Below, one piece after another: positions 1 through 12,889 of a stretch of DNA of 64,000 nucleotides; position 1 is the stretch's first letter; each line of letters opens with the position of its first letter. The position numbers were made by a program, and so were the translations under genes. The DNA is taken from assembly GCA_013115145.1 (NCBI GenBank), contig JAAPAO010000087.1, forward strand, positions 1 to 64,000. The letters are read 5' to 3'. This stretch comes from Perkinsus chesapeaki ATCC PRA-425 (lineage: Eukaryota; Protista; Perkinsozoa). The notes beneath the pieces are model-generated. The model saw only the letters and a program-made list of their open reading frames with translations. It made no database searches and was not told the DNA's origin.

Positions 1-150
1 GAGCTACAGTAGTACCAGCTTGAGTGGTAGGAGCTACAGTAGTACCAGCTTGAGTGGTAGGAGCTACAGTAGTTGCCGCCTGCGTGGTAGGAGCTACAGT
101 AGTACCAGCTTGAGTGGTAGGAGCTGCGGTGGTTGGCGCCTGCGTCGTTG
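1..150. repeat. 30-bp coding tandem repeat (gagctacagtagtaccagcttgagtggtag), encodes PTTQAGTTVA on the minus strand
   Basis: About 4 near-identical units at 1-120 plus a degenerate fifth, directly visible. Confidence 0.95.
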
Positions 151-991
151 AAGCAGAAACAGTAGTTGTGGCGGTTGTGGTTTCTCCGAAATTGTCACAC
201 ACGCTGGGGCCACAGGGTTGATCACCGTCATAGCAGACAGCCACATGAAGCCACCACTTGCAGTATGACATTCTACCATCAGGTAAACCAGGGTTCACAG
301 CAGTGCAGTAAGCATCACAGTTCGGGCTGGGGCCGGTGTGGTCATCTGGGGGACCTTCGGTCGGAGCAGGGGTACCAGTAGAGCAATCCGAAGGACCACA
401 TGGCTGATCCCCACCTTGACAGACTGGTTCATTCTTCCACCACTTGCAATAAGAAGTTGGTCCGTTGAGACCAATGCAGTAGGCGTTACAAGGCGCTGAT
501 TCATGAGGATGAGCACCAGCAGGGAGGCTCGGAGTTGGAGCCGGTGGCCAAGTCTGAGATGTGCACACAGACTGGTCACCGCATGCTTGATCCCCACCAA
601 GGCAGGTTGGCCGAGGGAGCCACCATTTGCAGTAAGATGCCTCATCGTTAAGACTTTGACACATCACATCACAAGCAGGCTCGTATGTGCCATCCCCGGT
701 TGGAATAGCTTCAGTCGGGGTGACGGTGACTGGAGGACCACACAACGCGATTGTACCACATGGCTGATCTCCTGCTTGACAAGTTGGGGGGCTGAGATCA
801 CTCTTACAATATGAAGATCCACCATTCAAGCTCTGGCAGTAGAGATCACATGTGTTCTGGAGAGTAGCAGGATCAAGTGTTGTAGTTACGGGAACTGCTG
901 TCGTGACCGAGGTTGTAGCCTGCAACTGGCGCAGCTGAGCGGCGAATTTCCCCGGCACGATCAGAACGGCGAGACCGAGCGAAGCGAGCAT
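1..991 (-). CDS. Secreted Cys-rich repeat protein with Thr/Pro-rich mucin-like stalk (3' end outside window)
   Basis: Uninterrupted minus-strand frame from ATG at 991 to the window edge, absent from the ORF track because it has no stop. It has an N-terminal hydrophobic signal (MLASLGLAVLIVPGKFAA), four modules like CDxYCxxxN..SYCKWW...PxCxGGDQPCG, then PTTQAGTTVA repeats. Confidence 0.85.
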   Translation of the reverse strand, partial: MLASLGLAVLIVPGKFAAQLRQLQATTSVTTAVPVTTTLDPATLQNTCDLYCQSLNGGSSYCKSDLSPPTCQAGDQPCGTIALCGPPVTVTPTEAIPTGDGTYEPACDVMCQSLNDEASYCKWWLPRPTCLGGDQACGDQSVCTSQTWPPAPTPSLPAGAHPHESAPCNAYCIGLNGPTSYCKWWKNEPVCQGGDQPCGPSDCSTGTPAPTEGPPDDHTGPSPNCDAYCTAVNPGLPDGRMSYCKWWLHVAVCYDGDQPCGPSVCDNFGETTTATTTVSASTTQAPTTAAPTTQAGTTVAPTTQAATTVAPTTQAGTTVAPTTQAGTTVA

Positions 992-1657
992 GTGCAACAA
1001 ATTAATGAAAACCTTAGACAAAAGGGACTTATTAGTACGGTTCAACCCAGTTAGACGTAGATCACTGTATAGGGCTGTATTAATTCTATTTCCTACAATA
1101 CAAGTACAAGTTTACCCGGGCGGTCTCACCCTCGGCGAAGAAACCGTAAGATACGGATATGTGAACACAGGAATCTTTCCTGGTGAGCAACAAGCGCCTC
1201 CGTAGCTGGGTGTCTTGCAGTATTTGATCCACACGTCTAGCTATTCGACGAGCACCAAAGAAAACGTAGGTCTCACACTAGATGTAGGGTATTTACAGTA
1301 TATCGTCTCTCTCTGAATAGATCCCTTACTAAGGCCTTCCTAAAGCTTGGAAGTCGCAACGCGGAAGGAGTGCCAGTCACTATTCAGTTGTCAAAAGGTT
1401 CACTATACATTGAGCACCTTAAGAGAGTGCTCTTAGTATGGGGCTTTGAGAGTACGAATCTCAGTATTTATTAATCGTGTATCGCTAGACCTTTCGTTGA
1501 GCGCTACGACAACCTGCGACAGTAAACTCTCGTCCCGTTTCACGCAATCTATCTTGTACTCGTTAAATGTGGTGCTAACTATACAACTCAACAGTGATGT
1601 GAATGCAGAAGCTAGGCTTTGCAGTGATCAGGGGTAAAAAGACTCACGACATGAACT

Positions 1658-4600
1658 CTATGCAAACATGTATTCTGGTGGCTCGATGGGCAAGCCGGGC
1701 TTCGAAAGATCGTCATCACGCATGAAATCTTTTGGGAACTCCACCACATGGCCACGAAGTGGCATCGAGGAGGATACCTGGGAGACAAACCGAACAGAAG
1801 AACATTGTTGAGAAAAGCTAAAGCAAGTCAAAGGATCCTTATTCCCTTCGAACCGAAGATGTCGTTGGTTACCTCTCGATTGGTCGGCATCTCTCCAAGC
1901 CTACTATTGGTACTCGCTAACTTCGCTGCCGTATAGTCTTCTCCATCTCTAATCTCAGAGTCTGGAACAAGGCCCGGGAAGTATCTCAGAAGGAGGCATA
2001 AATCTATACATTGCTTACCATGTACTTACTCTCTAAAGACACATGAATTCTCACTGGCCAACTCTTTCCACGTCCCCCAACAGTCGTTGCTTTGTGGATC
2101 TTGCAGCTTGATCTCAAGATCACTCGATTCGTCCACTGGTACGCCCAGATGCTCACGCCACAAAGCCACGCGCATTTTCTTGGCGAGCTGCGGCTTCTCC
2201 ACCAGCACGGCCATCTCAGAGTCTCTCGTCCCAACCATGGACCGATCGTTGATGTTGGCGGATCCCACTATGAACCGCTCATCATCTACTATCATCATTT
2301 TCGAATGTATATAAATCTGCTCAGTGACCAACTTGCCGTTAGGAAGAACCCCCGCGCCTCGAAGTGAGAAGAACCTATACCGAAATATCAAGGTAGCCAA
2401 TTCAAGCACTCTCCGGTACGCAATATGCTCAGTCCAAGGTTCGTCGAGCCCTTGATAGTCAGGCAGCTTTAAGAGCCTCTGATTAAGTATAAAACGAAGC
2501 GAGTGTTGACCTGAGAGCACCCGGCAATTTCCATAGTGTGAAAGAGATGGCCGACCTTGAGCAATCGTCTTTAGCTGCAGGGCTAGCGTCATGCGACAGG
2601 CATACGAGGAGGTCGATTGCCAGTCATCACACGGCATAGCCGGAGCAGATGGAATTACCTAATTTCCCCATAAGAGCCTTAAGCTCCACAAGTGGCAGGG
2701 TCTCCAAGTAGTGGCGAGACTCAGACCTAGGCTGTGCCCCCACGCACCACGTAGACGCGAAATTGACGATCTCCTTCCTCGGCTGCACGAATTATGCGGC
2801 GAGCCAGAGCCTCCGCGATCAGATTAGCGACTGATCTACTCTCCTGTCCAACTGGTGAGTATTCTCCGACACTTGATACCATGAACTGATTCTCGATGTA
2901 TATGAAACGCCTGCGAAAACAGCAGGCTCCGGGCGACAGTCTAGCCTGAATCTCCCCTCGATCAAGATTGCGCAAGTGCGCATGCGTCGGCACCTTACTT
3001 GGATTGTTCTATGAGATGCAAGTAAGCCGAGTAAATACTGTTCTCTGTGTTGACCCCCAATGACCATCGCCCACCAGACCGTAGCACTTGCACCTGAGAA
3101 CGGTAGCTTTGACGAGGGGAACTCTGCAATACTGTAGGTATTCACTTCACAGTCAAGTTCATCCAGTTCATCGTCTGGAAAGTTTTCGAGCATGTCATCG
3201 CTTCTTAAAGTCGAGCCTTCAGAAACCGTTCTTAATGAGCCGCTCCGCCAGCCTGCTTCGTGGTCTAGGTTAAGCGAGCGGGTAGAGGACGTCGCCACAC
3301 CTGAGAGTCACGATTTCTGCTATTTATGCAGTTCCTGTTTTCCCCACAAGACAACTCAGTGAAGAGGATTTCAGACCAACTCTCTGCGATTTGTGCTTCA
3401 AATCAAAGTACGGTAGGTTTTTTTAAAATGCACTAGCAAAGTCACTGACATATTCTCATCGTAATACATCGCATTATGGTACATATTAAAACTGGCTGTA
3501 TCAGATACAACCTATCAATTTAGTGTTAATATACACGAATGAGGCATTGCCTGCCCTTGATTAGTGAAACTTAATTAGTACACCGACGTATACGAGGGTT
3601 TCCCTTCCCATAAGGGGCAGGATGACCAAACTAACACTTACCAAACTCGCATGACGCTAGTTTTTGTAGAACTTCGGCTGAGTGATCACCAGAGACAGCA
3701 AATGCGCCACCAACAGCTGAGGAAGGGCTACACCTAAGAATTGCCACTTTCACAATACGGCATTTGGTGAAACACGATACTCCAGATTATGAACATTCTG
3801 CAAAGGGTCTTCCGGGTGCTGAGTTGGAGTAGCCAATACACCCGACGTGTGCACCTTAAAAACTGATGTCGTCCCACGCCGAGCGGACGTACATGATTCC
3901 ATAACTGTGCAAAGTGTCGTGCTAGATCCAGAACAGCTTCACCGCCAAGGAGTTCCACTGCTACGTCGTGCCACGGCATGCGAGGTTCAGTGGAGCGATC
4001 AAGATACTCTGCATCGGCTCCCTGAGAAGTGCGAGTTACTTCCGACATATATTGGCAAGAGCCCTATATACACAACAGACAGCATGGCTCAGTCGCCTAC
4101 TCGTGGGCAGTCTCGCAGTGTAGGGTTGTAGTATTCGCTCCCTTGCTGATGACCGGAGTCGGTTACTGGATGTGAGGAGCTGTCGGAAAAAGGGAATGGG
4201 CTTCTGGAGCAAGTGAAGCTCACGTGTCCCAGCGTCCTTTGGCAAGGTCCAAACCACCCACGAATCCTCTCCAAGTCTGGTCGACAATAACAACTTTGCT
4301 GTGGTGGGACCAGAATAAGGCAGTGTGGCCCGATGGAGTGAAGTGATGATGAGGATGTCGGGACTGAAAAATATCGGCTCGCTTCGCTAGTCGCTGTGGC
4401 TTCGTTTTGCCTCCAACACCGGAATTCAGCTCATTTACACAGACATCGATACGCTTCAATTTCAGGAGGCTAATACAGTGTCTTCTGGTAACCGTGGACT
4501 GAGGGAAAGCCCGTTAATTGTACCCACCACTTGAATGTTAGGGTGGAGACTATTGAGGAACTCTTTAGCAATCCCAGATGCATTGGAAAGGGCCAAAGGG

Positions 4601-6832
4601 ATCTCCTTGTATCTGCCGACAGTATAGATTCAGTGCCCGATAGTGGTTATCGAGGCTCATTGATTGGCCTACACAAGTATCCTTATACTGACACCTTGTT
4701 CGGCTTTGAGCTTTAGTACGTCGCAGAGCCTCTGAGTATCTACCGACTTATCGTTTCTTAACGCCCTTCATTATCAGTTTTGGTGTACATGCACGAGGTC
4801 ACCCATTTGCTCCGGAGATGAAGTGGATTTTGACGAGTTTCCAAAAAATTTCGGTTCGCTGAAGGGTCACAGAATGCACTATATGTCATGGAGGTATACT
4901 GTGCTAGCGCCGCCCGCACACCTGGCAGAAGCACACGAACCACTAGAGTGGATGATACGTATTTTGAATGGGGGTAGGACCGAGACATACCTACATATCT
5001 GAAGTGTGATAGGATACCTTAACCGTGGGAACTAACACCCTATAATCATGTGGCGAAAAGCTGTTCTGACCTTGCTTGCTCACCTTCTTCCGAATCCCTA
5101 TTTCCCAGATCTAGTGTAGGAGTCAGCCACCACCCTTGTATCCAAATACAGCTCTGTGCCCCCTCTAATGCTTCGAGGACCTCAGCACAGCAGAGCCCCC
5201 TGCAATGACACACACAAGGAGGTTCTTACTCGGGCCATGTAATCTCGTCCGTCTATTAGAACTCGACACCGACATCCAAACCGACGGGGAGCAAACGACC
5301 CGAACCTGTGTTTCCCTACGAATGAGAAGTGATAAAACAGCAAAGTGGATAAGTCACTTGTCCAAGGGCATTCCCGGAGGCTCTGGTCAATGCTTCTGAG
5401 CCACAGCTGGAGATTCAAAGTACTGCCGAGGTCGACCCGAAGGACCTTGAATATAGAGAACAGATACACTCAAACTCAAAAGCAGCGCCCTACTGTCTCC
5501 GCAGTGGATATCTTCAAGCCAGCCGCTGCCTTTCCGCGACCGTGACTCCGACCGTACTCCACACGGGTTTCGGTGTCGAATAAAAGGGCATCTTCGGCCG
5601 CATCTTCATCACCAATTCGCGGACGACCAACAACGAAACCGTCCCGCTCGAGAGTTAGCCACACCATTGTCCACTGCCCACAGCGCAGCGCACTTGGCCA
5701 GCTTCCCCCTGTTGCTTTGCTGCCATCAGGCTTCACCAAGGCAGGGCCTTCAATTCCTGGTGAAAATCAATGTCAGACGTCATCGAAGTTATGGACCCGA
5801 CTCTTCAATAAGGCATCCTTCTTCCTCCCAGCACCGCTTCGAGAGGCCTCATCAAAAAGGATCATAGACCTTCTTGATAGCTCCACAAATACTTGAAAAT
5901 GATCGGTGGCCAACACTTCCGAAGAGGAGCAGATGGATGTTAAGAAGCCCTCTACATCTTCACAGTTCGCATCGTCCTGATCAGATTGACTGCAGAGCCA
6001 TTCTCCCATCACCGACATCACCCAATCGATCATATTAAAGTCCCCTCGAAATCCTCTGGTCCCAACAGGCGCCGGCATAAACCCATCGCCGAAAACTCGA
6101 CGCAAGGCTTCATCCAGCAGGGCAAACTGATGGATACCTCGGTGATAAGCAAACCTGGGGAGCCTCACGTCCCGGCGCGTCCTGTATATTCGCCACTTGA
6201 CAACTGATGGGATGCCCACTGCCAGTTCAACTTCAAAGGCCTCGATCCCCTCGGTGGCTATACCACAGTAGCCGACGGACAACACATGAATGGATGCAGC
6301 TATGCCCGATAAGGGGAACCGGAGCGAATCTGTCCAACGTTGCAGGTAGCACAAGAGAAGTCCCATCAAGGAGGAAGGAAGAGACATTGTGCCATCTTAC
6401 CAGAGGAACACTTGCCGATGCCTCCGAACGGCACAACCGTTTTGGAGTTCTTAAAATGCTTGTAACATTTCAGAGATCTTGATGCCGCTGACATTCCTAA
6501 CTATCGTTCTTTCAAACCGTCAACGCCGCCGTGGGCTCACTTCCGGCGTGTATTGCTTTCTTACTCCGTGCCGCTGGTCCTATCTCATGGGCATGCATTA
6601 CCGAGTATCTCGCAGGTCAGCGCGTTTCTTGTTGACTCGTGTTACCCGGTTACCGTATCTTCCTCGCTGTGTACACATCTTTGCCTATAGCTGTGCCTTG
6701 GGGCACCACAGATTTCCTTATTTCTCGTATCGCCTGAGCCGTGTCATTCTCTTTTCTATTATCGGAGCTTACAATGTCGTCAGCTTTGGTTCCTATTATT
6801 TTATTATCTTCATGAGTGCTGTCGTTACGCAT
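1658..6832 (-). CDS. PLD: Phospholipase D, PX-PH type (PLD1/PLDzeta-like), multi-exon; start approximate
   Basis: Two HKD motifs (WSHHSKVVIVD near 4290; YIHSKMMIVD..VGSANINDRS near 2290). Also PRMPWHDV, FIYIENQF, HRFGSFAPRR, PX-like (5773-6387) and PH-like (5476-5739) segments. The C-terminal exon LRGHVVEFPKDF..PEYMFA* has its stop at 1658-1660. Confidence 0.93.
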
Positions 6833-7092
6833 AGAAGCCAATATTCGTGAACTGTAGACGATGGAGCATGCTACGGGTATTTCCAGGGTCCAGAATGAAC
6901 GGGTAACCGACTCTAGGTCATCTGATTCGACCTCAATGTCCGACGATGAAAGGCTCGCCAGTCGTATCGAAATAATAGTGACAAACTAAACTCCTAATCT
7001 TTCGTAAATCTTGGTACAAGTAACAGTAGAAACAATACGTAAATAGACGTTTGAGTGTAACACTCCCGCACACCGCTGCTGCCTGGTAAAGG

Positions 7093-10000
7093 CTACTCTT
7101 CTAGGGAATTAATCTTCCTTCTCTTCGCCGATTCGTTCATTCTCTCGTGACGTTTTCGTTCCTCCTTCACATCTTGCTTTATCCTAGCTGTTGCAATAGA
7201 GGTATCCTCATGAGCAGCTGGCTCCACCACGAGCCTGCCCAACAGATACGATCCTAGACTCTACAAGGATAGCTCACCTTCGACCGTAAAGATGTGTATG
7301 CTGGAGCGCCTCCATGGCAGCCAGAGCCTCCGATCTCGACACAAACTCGACAAAAGCGAAACCTCGATGACCACTCCTGATCAAATATGGAAGATTTTAC
7401 AGCGAAAACCAGGACACTGGAAAATCGAAGTACACAAATGCAGGAAATATAACCGAAGATGGAGCACAGAAAGAACTCATGGAAGAGCATGAAAGAACCA
7501 TAGAGAATACCAGGGAGCTTCACCGACAACTGTACAAAGATGCAAAAAAGGTCGACTGAAAATAACCGAAAAAGATTACCATAAAATCTACAAGAAGTTG
7601 GCATACATACAAGAGAGCTTACCTATCGACCTTCAATGGCATACGAACGGCTACAACATTCCCGTAGGTCGAAAAGAGCTTTCGGATATCCCGCCGAGTA
7701 GCCTCGAAAGCAACATTACGAACAATCAACCTAAAAATGAACACACTGTAACCATGAAGATTCATCACAACTTACCTATTGGTTGCTCCCTTAGCGTCAG
7801 CCTGTGTAACGCCAGCTTGGCCGACCTTCGAGGCACCCTCGCCCCCTGCTGTCTTGCCTCCTCTGCCTATTTGCAGCTCCAATGTGCGACCGTCCAGAGA
7901 GCTGCCTTGGAGGCGCTTAATGCACTCCTTAGCAGCTGATTATAAGGAGGTCGGTGAACATTTCAAGCAGACTATAAAGCTACCTTTCAGATTCTTGAAT
8001 TCCACAAATCCGAAACCCATAGAGAGCTGACGACCGTCGGGCATAGTCTTCTTAGATATCGAACATTTGATGAAACCAGACTGCTTGGCGAAATGCTGTC
8101 GAAGAGACTGACGACACCAGTAGCCACCAAACACTGCGAATGTCCTCTAATCACCTCCTCTGTCGTATCAAAGCTAAGACCTTTGACGAAGACACTAACA
8201 CTCCCTTCCCCTTCCTCAACCTCCTCATCATCATCATCACCGGCAACTTCCTTGGTGTCTTCTGCCTTTTCCTCCTGCTGCTGCTGCACGTCAGTCGTCT
8301 CCACCGGGGACTAAGCCAGAATATCCTTAATATACGTGAACACCGTCATGCCCAGCCGTGGCAGCCCCAACCGCTGATTTACCTTCATAAGGTTCAACAA
8401 CGTCAAATGATTAACCTTACAGTACATCATTCGCTTTGCCACATTAACATTATATTACGCTGATAAGTTCCAAAGGGATTTTATAACATTCCCCCGAACA
8501 CAGTCAAGCAACCAGAGTCGACTACGTGAACTGCTATCAAGTTACCAGTTGTATTCAAGCCACACGTCATCTCCTCCTCCTCCCTTATCACCTCTCGCTC
8601 CTCTACCTCTTCCTCCTCATCACCCTTCCCCTCAAATATGTTCTCCGGTGCCCATTCGACGTACAGCGGGGCATTCTTGAAGCGGCGATAAGATAATTTC
8701 TTAAAGGCATGCTGCGCCGTCTTCTCATCCACAAACTGCGCAATAGCTACCGTTTTTGTCGGCGCCAAAAGCAATCTGAAATAAGCCCTCCACGGATTCG
8801 TTTCAGAGCCACCAGTATTACTTTTGCAGAGCCGACTGCTCGCTGTCCTTCGCCGCACTCACGTACTTGCCGATAACCGCTCTGAGTTCGGCAAGTGTGA
8901 CCGATTCAGCCGGCAAATGCTTGAGAATGAGAGTGTCCTTCGACCGCGAGAGCTTCGGCTTATCCGCCCCTGTTTTGGTAGGCTTGGTGCTCTCAGCGTC
9001 GTATGAAGTGGCCTTCGATATCAAAAGAGATGTACCTTCAAAGAGAGGCTAACAAAAGGAAAACACACAACGATGCGCAACGAACAACGACTTCCGAAGG
9101 GCAAATGTATCAGCGCTACATATTATGGAAAGCCTGAGAGGCCTTAGGACTAAAATGCTCATACGAACCTACCACTAGCAACAACTAAGACTTCCCCACA
9201 AGGTGTGTTCATCACACCGGTGTTGGCCATTATTACCCTTCCTTTCAAAAGCATCCACTCGTACACCTTCTTCCTTCAACCATTGTTTAACTTCTCTAAC
9301 TACCTCCGTCTCTCCCACAGCAGCACGAACTGCCAAATCATCCGCCTCAACATCCATAATCTAAATAACTCTCCTTCACTGCAGTTCCTTTACTTCTTTA
9401 TTACATCAGCCTTATTCAACCCAAGCTTCTTAGCAGCCGCCCCCACCGCAGAGTTAGCCGATACAAACAGCAGGTTCCACGTATGCTGCTCCGCATTCTC
9501 CCTTCTCTTCCTCAATTGCTCCTGCTTTCGAGTTAATCGCTTCTCCTCCCTTTCGACATGTCTAGTAGGCCTAGCTTCAGCTGCTTTAATGCGTAACACT
9601 CTCCCTTGGAAGACCTGTCGGATAACAACCGATGCTGCTGCCGCTAGCGAAGCTGGCGGAGTAGCGACACCGGCAGGCCCTCGAAAGTAGAGTAAAGCCC
9701 CATTTGAAATTTTACAGAAAAAGATGAGCACAAATTCGATCACCCTCATTTTTCTATGACTGTCGCATATCCACCACGGTATTGACCCAGTAGTGTCATT
9801 TTCCAGGAGCAACTAAATCCTTTTGTCGGCTTGGACTGTGACCATATCCTCCTACCTTCCCATGCATCTCAGCTTTAGCCTTAACAGCATGCTCAGGAAA
9901 GAGGTATGTCACATATGCCATACCACGGGACCTAACACGGAGGACCGATTACCGCATTGGACGGGAAGGAACATCAACAACGAGCAGAGTACCTATCCCC

Positions 10001-10680
10001 GAACCAGAATGCACCAGCACACAGCTGCTAGATACAGAACATTTGTACTCTATAATTTATTATTAATATATAATTAAAAAGTTAGTTATCTGATGTATCC
10101 CACGTTTCCCAGGTTACTTTTTCGTATCTTCATCTCGCAACACTACAACATCCTCCACAGCTCCGAATTTCCTACACAACGAAATGACAGCTTCCTGTCA
10201 CTAATGCCTACTGGAAGGCCTTCTTAATATCCTCTTCGGTGGCAACGTAAGGCAAGTTAACCAAGAGGAGCCTCGCCGTGTCCATGAGGACCGCATCAGA
10301 GTCTTCCGCCGCACCAGCATCATCAGAGTCGTTATCCTATCATACAAAAGAGTTTATGACCGACCGCTTCGTCAACTCGAGGTAGTACTCTACCTCTAAA
10401 AAGTCTATCTCGGGGAAAGCAAAATCACATGCTAGAATAAAGGAATCGAGTTCGATGACAAGAACGTCAATGTGGCGGTAGTCGGGTTCCGCGGATAGGG
10501 ACACCATTTTGGGACAAGTTCGATCTGCACGATTATACCCGAGCACGAACACTCAACAACATAATACAACTATATATGGAGTTAGCACCACCAACTATGG
10601 AACTATTCTCACCCTATCACGCTCCGTACCCTGCCTCAACCTTACTACTTCTTCCTTATCTTCCATATCAACATCATTAT

Positions 10681-10711
<31 letters not shown>

Positions 10712-11904
10712 CACTTCCACCTCCTTCTCGTTTGATACCATTCTACTCCTCAGGAAACTAACAGCAATCCCTTTCTAATACCTCCACAACTGTCGCTCAC
10801 TCCATATCGCTGCCTGACCCTCCGAACCCTTCAACTGCCGCCGCAACTGCCTCCCCGCCAGCGTTGCCATCTAATGTCGGCAATTCCTCCTCTCTGAACC
10901 CAACAGCATGCCACTTTCCTTCATTCTCTATCCTACTCCACTGTACTGCCTTCATCAGATGAACTATCGTCATCCTCATCATCTTTGAAGGCCACATGCG
11001 TCCGTACACTCGCCACTCCAGCCTTTCCCCTCCGAACCGCAACGTGCTCCACTTTCTAAATGGTAATGCTACATCGAGAAAGATGATGGCACAGTTCATT
11101 TCTAGACGAGTTATGAGATTCCCCAAGTACCAGACGACTACCTCGACCTTCCCTTCAACGGCCGCGTTCCTCCGCTTTTCCTCCTCAGCCTGCCTCTCCT
11201 CTCTGGACTTTATCGTTTTCACCGGAGTCTCAGCTTCCTCCGCTGCTTTGGAATATTTGCTCCATGCTCTAGGCAGTCCCGATGAGTGTGCAGCCAAGGC
11301 CATTGCGACCTACAAAATATCTTACACGCATCAACTTGAAGATATTTCATCTTGAACGCTGTACGAGATATCCCAACGTGACGATGCAAAGCCGCCATAT
11401 GGAATACGAGCAACAGACGGTTAGATTTTACATGAAGTCTGCTGGTGTCCATAAAAGTGTTATCAACTTCACGAATGGCCTTCTTAGCTTCACCTAAATT
11501 ACCCGAAACCGTAAGATTCTTGAGAGGTTGATAGCCTTACCAGGGGAACGGAACCCAACAAATCCAAAACAGCGACTTCTGCCTTCTCTAGTCTTTATCA
11601 CACGTGCGTCTGTGACCTCTCCATAAGCCAAGAAGAACTCCTTCAATCGTGCATCGTCAACATGCCTGATGGCCACCAGAACTCACATGGCAGCAGTAAA
11701 GAATTGATTTCCAAAAACCAACGTTCCATTGGAGATGCAGGATCACGTTGGAAGTGTGGCGCGTTAAACGTCCACATTCCCGAGTTTGAAGAGTATTCAA
11801 GGTCGATCTTATTTGTCATTTCAAATCCCCCTGGTACGGAGTAGTTCTTACTTAGGAAGATTCTTGACAATAATACGTGATGTTTGACCCTCGGTTGACG
11901 ACAT
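7093..11904 (-). CDS. MRD1: Multiple-RRM ribosome biogenesis protein (Mrd1/RBM19), multi-exon
   Basis: Starts MSSTEGQTSRIIVKNLPK, spliced to ..GEVTDARVIKTREGRSRCFGFVGFRS. Further RRMs include GMAYVTYLFPEHAVKA, SVFVKGLSFDTTEE..LSMGFGFVEF, LIVRNVAFEATRRDIRKLF and GHRGFAFVEFVSRSEALAAMEALQHTHLYGRRLVVE. Stop at 7093-7095. Confidence 0.92.
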
Positions 11905-12019
11905 AAGGCTAAAGAAATGAAGCCTAAGAGAAGAAGGTCGAAACTGGAAATACACTCAGAGGATCCAATTCAGAACTCCTGGTAGTTATGAACTTAGACT
12001 AATAACGATGAGACACGCC

Positions 12020-12432
12020 TACTTGTATACATGAGCTACAGTAGTTGCCACCTGAGTGGTAGGGAGTACAGTGGATACATTTTTCATCATGGACACTGTA
12101 GCCATTCACATAGTTGCGAGTATCGTTAATTAATAACCTTTCTACGAGTATTGCCCAGGCTACTGCAACTCAACCCCCCTGTGTAGTCTAATAACATCGT
12201 ATTGCTCTAATTAATAGAGTATAATGATTATCATGTCCCGACTTTTGCCGGGTAACTATGTGCAGAATAGCATGCACTCCTCCTCTTCTTCTGGGTCTTT
12301 CTCTTCTTCCTTTTTATCACTGGCATCATCCTTTATTCGTAAAGAATGCTTACGCTTCACAGACAGGCCTTCTGTGGGGTGTGGCCAAATAGCTAAGCAT
12401 AGCAGAGCGAGAATCATCCATATACTGGTCAT
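12020..12432 (-). pseudogene. Short signal-peptide ORF, possibly a decayed paralogue of the Cys-rich/mucin gene
   Basis: MTSIWMILALLCLAIWPHPTEG signal, an acidic stretch, then CMLFCT-stop (resembles CDxYC). Downstream at 12033-12063 lies a 29/31 match to the mucin repeat unit. Confidence 0.35.
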
Positions 12433-12889
12433 TCGACACTTAACAAGCTTCCAACTAAACAACAGCCACCTCATCGCTCCCCTGAACATTATGTATGTTG
12501 CCGAGCCGCTACCTTACACTGTGTCTCATTACCAACACTTTTGGATGCACCTTTTTAAAATTTCATTCCTGGTTGGCGAGAAGCTCTCTATCAAAATTGG
12601 ATGAAAAGTAGTTATGGGACACCCTTTACACATGCTAAAGCATTTCTGGAGAAATGGCTGTGCAATCCCAACTGTTCTAACCCCGAGATACTGTCACTAT
12701 CTTCTGCGTATAATGCAACTCTGCAACTGATTCGTATTTCTTTCAGCAAACAGCAGGAGCGACCCTACCGCGTGACGCGGTTTCGTACGTGCGTCTCGGG
12801 CGCGCGCATCAATATTCTAGCGGAGCGATGCAGCTATAGTGGGCGGTGTGACATGTACTTCTCCTTTAAAGCATTCAATCATCTGTATC

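Noticed and set aside
1-150. 30-bp direct repeats as a possible CRISPR array
   Set aside because: The repeats are contiguous with no unique spacers, are in-frame coding, and sit in a eukaryotic context with no cas genes.
7254-7604. 116-aa hydrophobic minus ORF and overlapping plus ORFs
   Set aside because: They span an intron and exon of MRD1. The true frame (GHRGFAFVEF..HTHLYGRR) explains the region.
10509-10778. Poly-His/Gln and poly-Ser ORFs; (CAT)n microsatellite
   Set aside because: These are antisense readings of the acidic poly-Asp linker of Mrd1.
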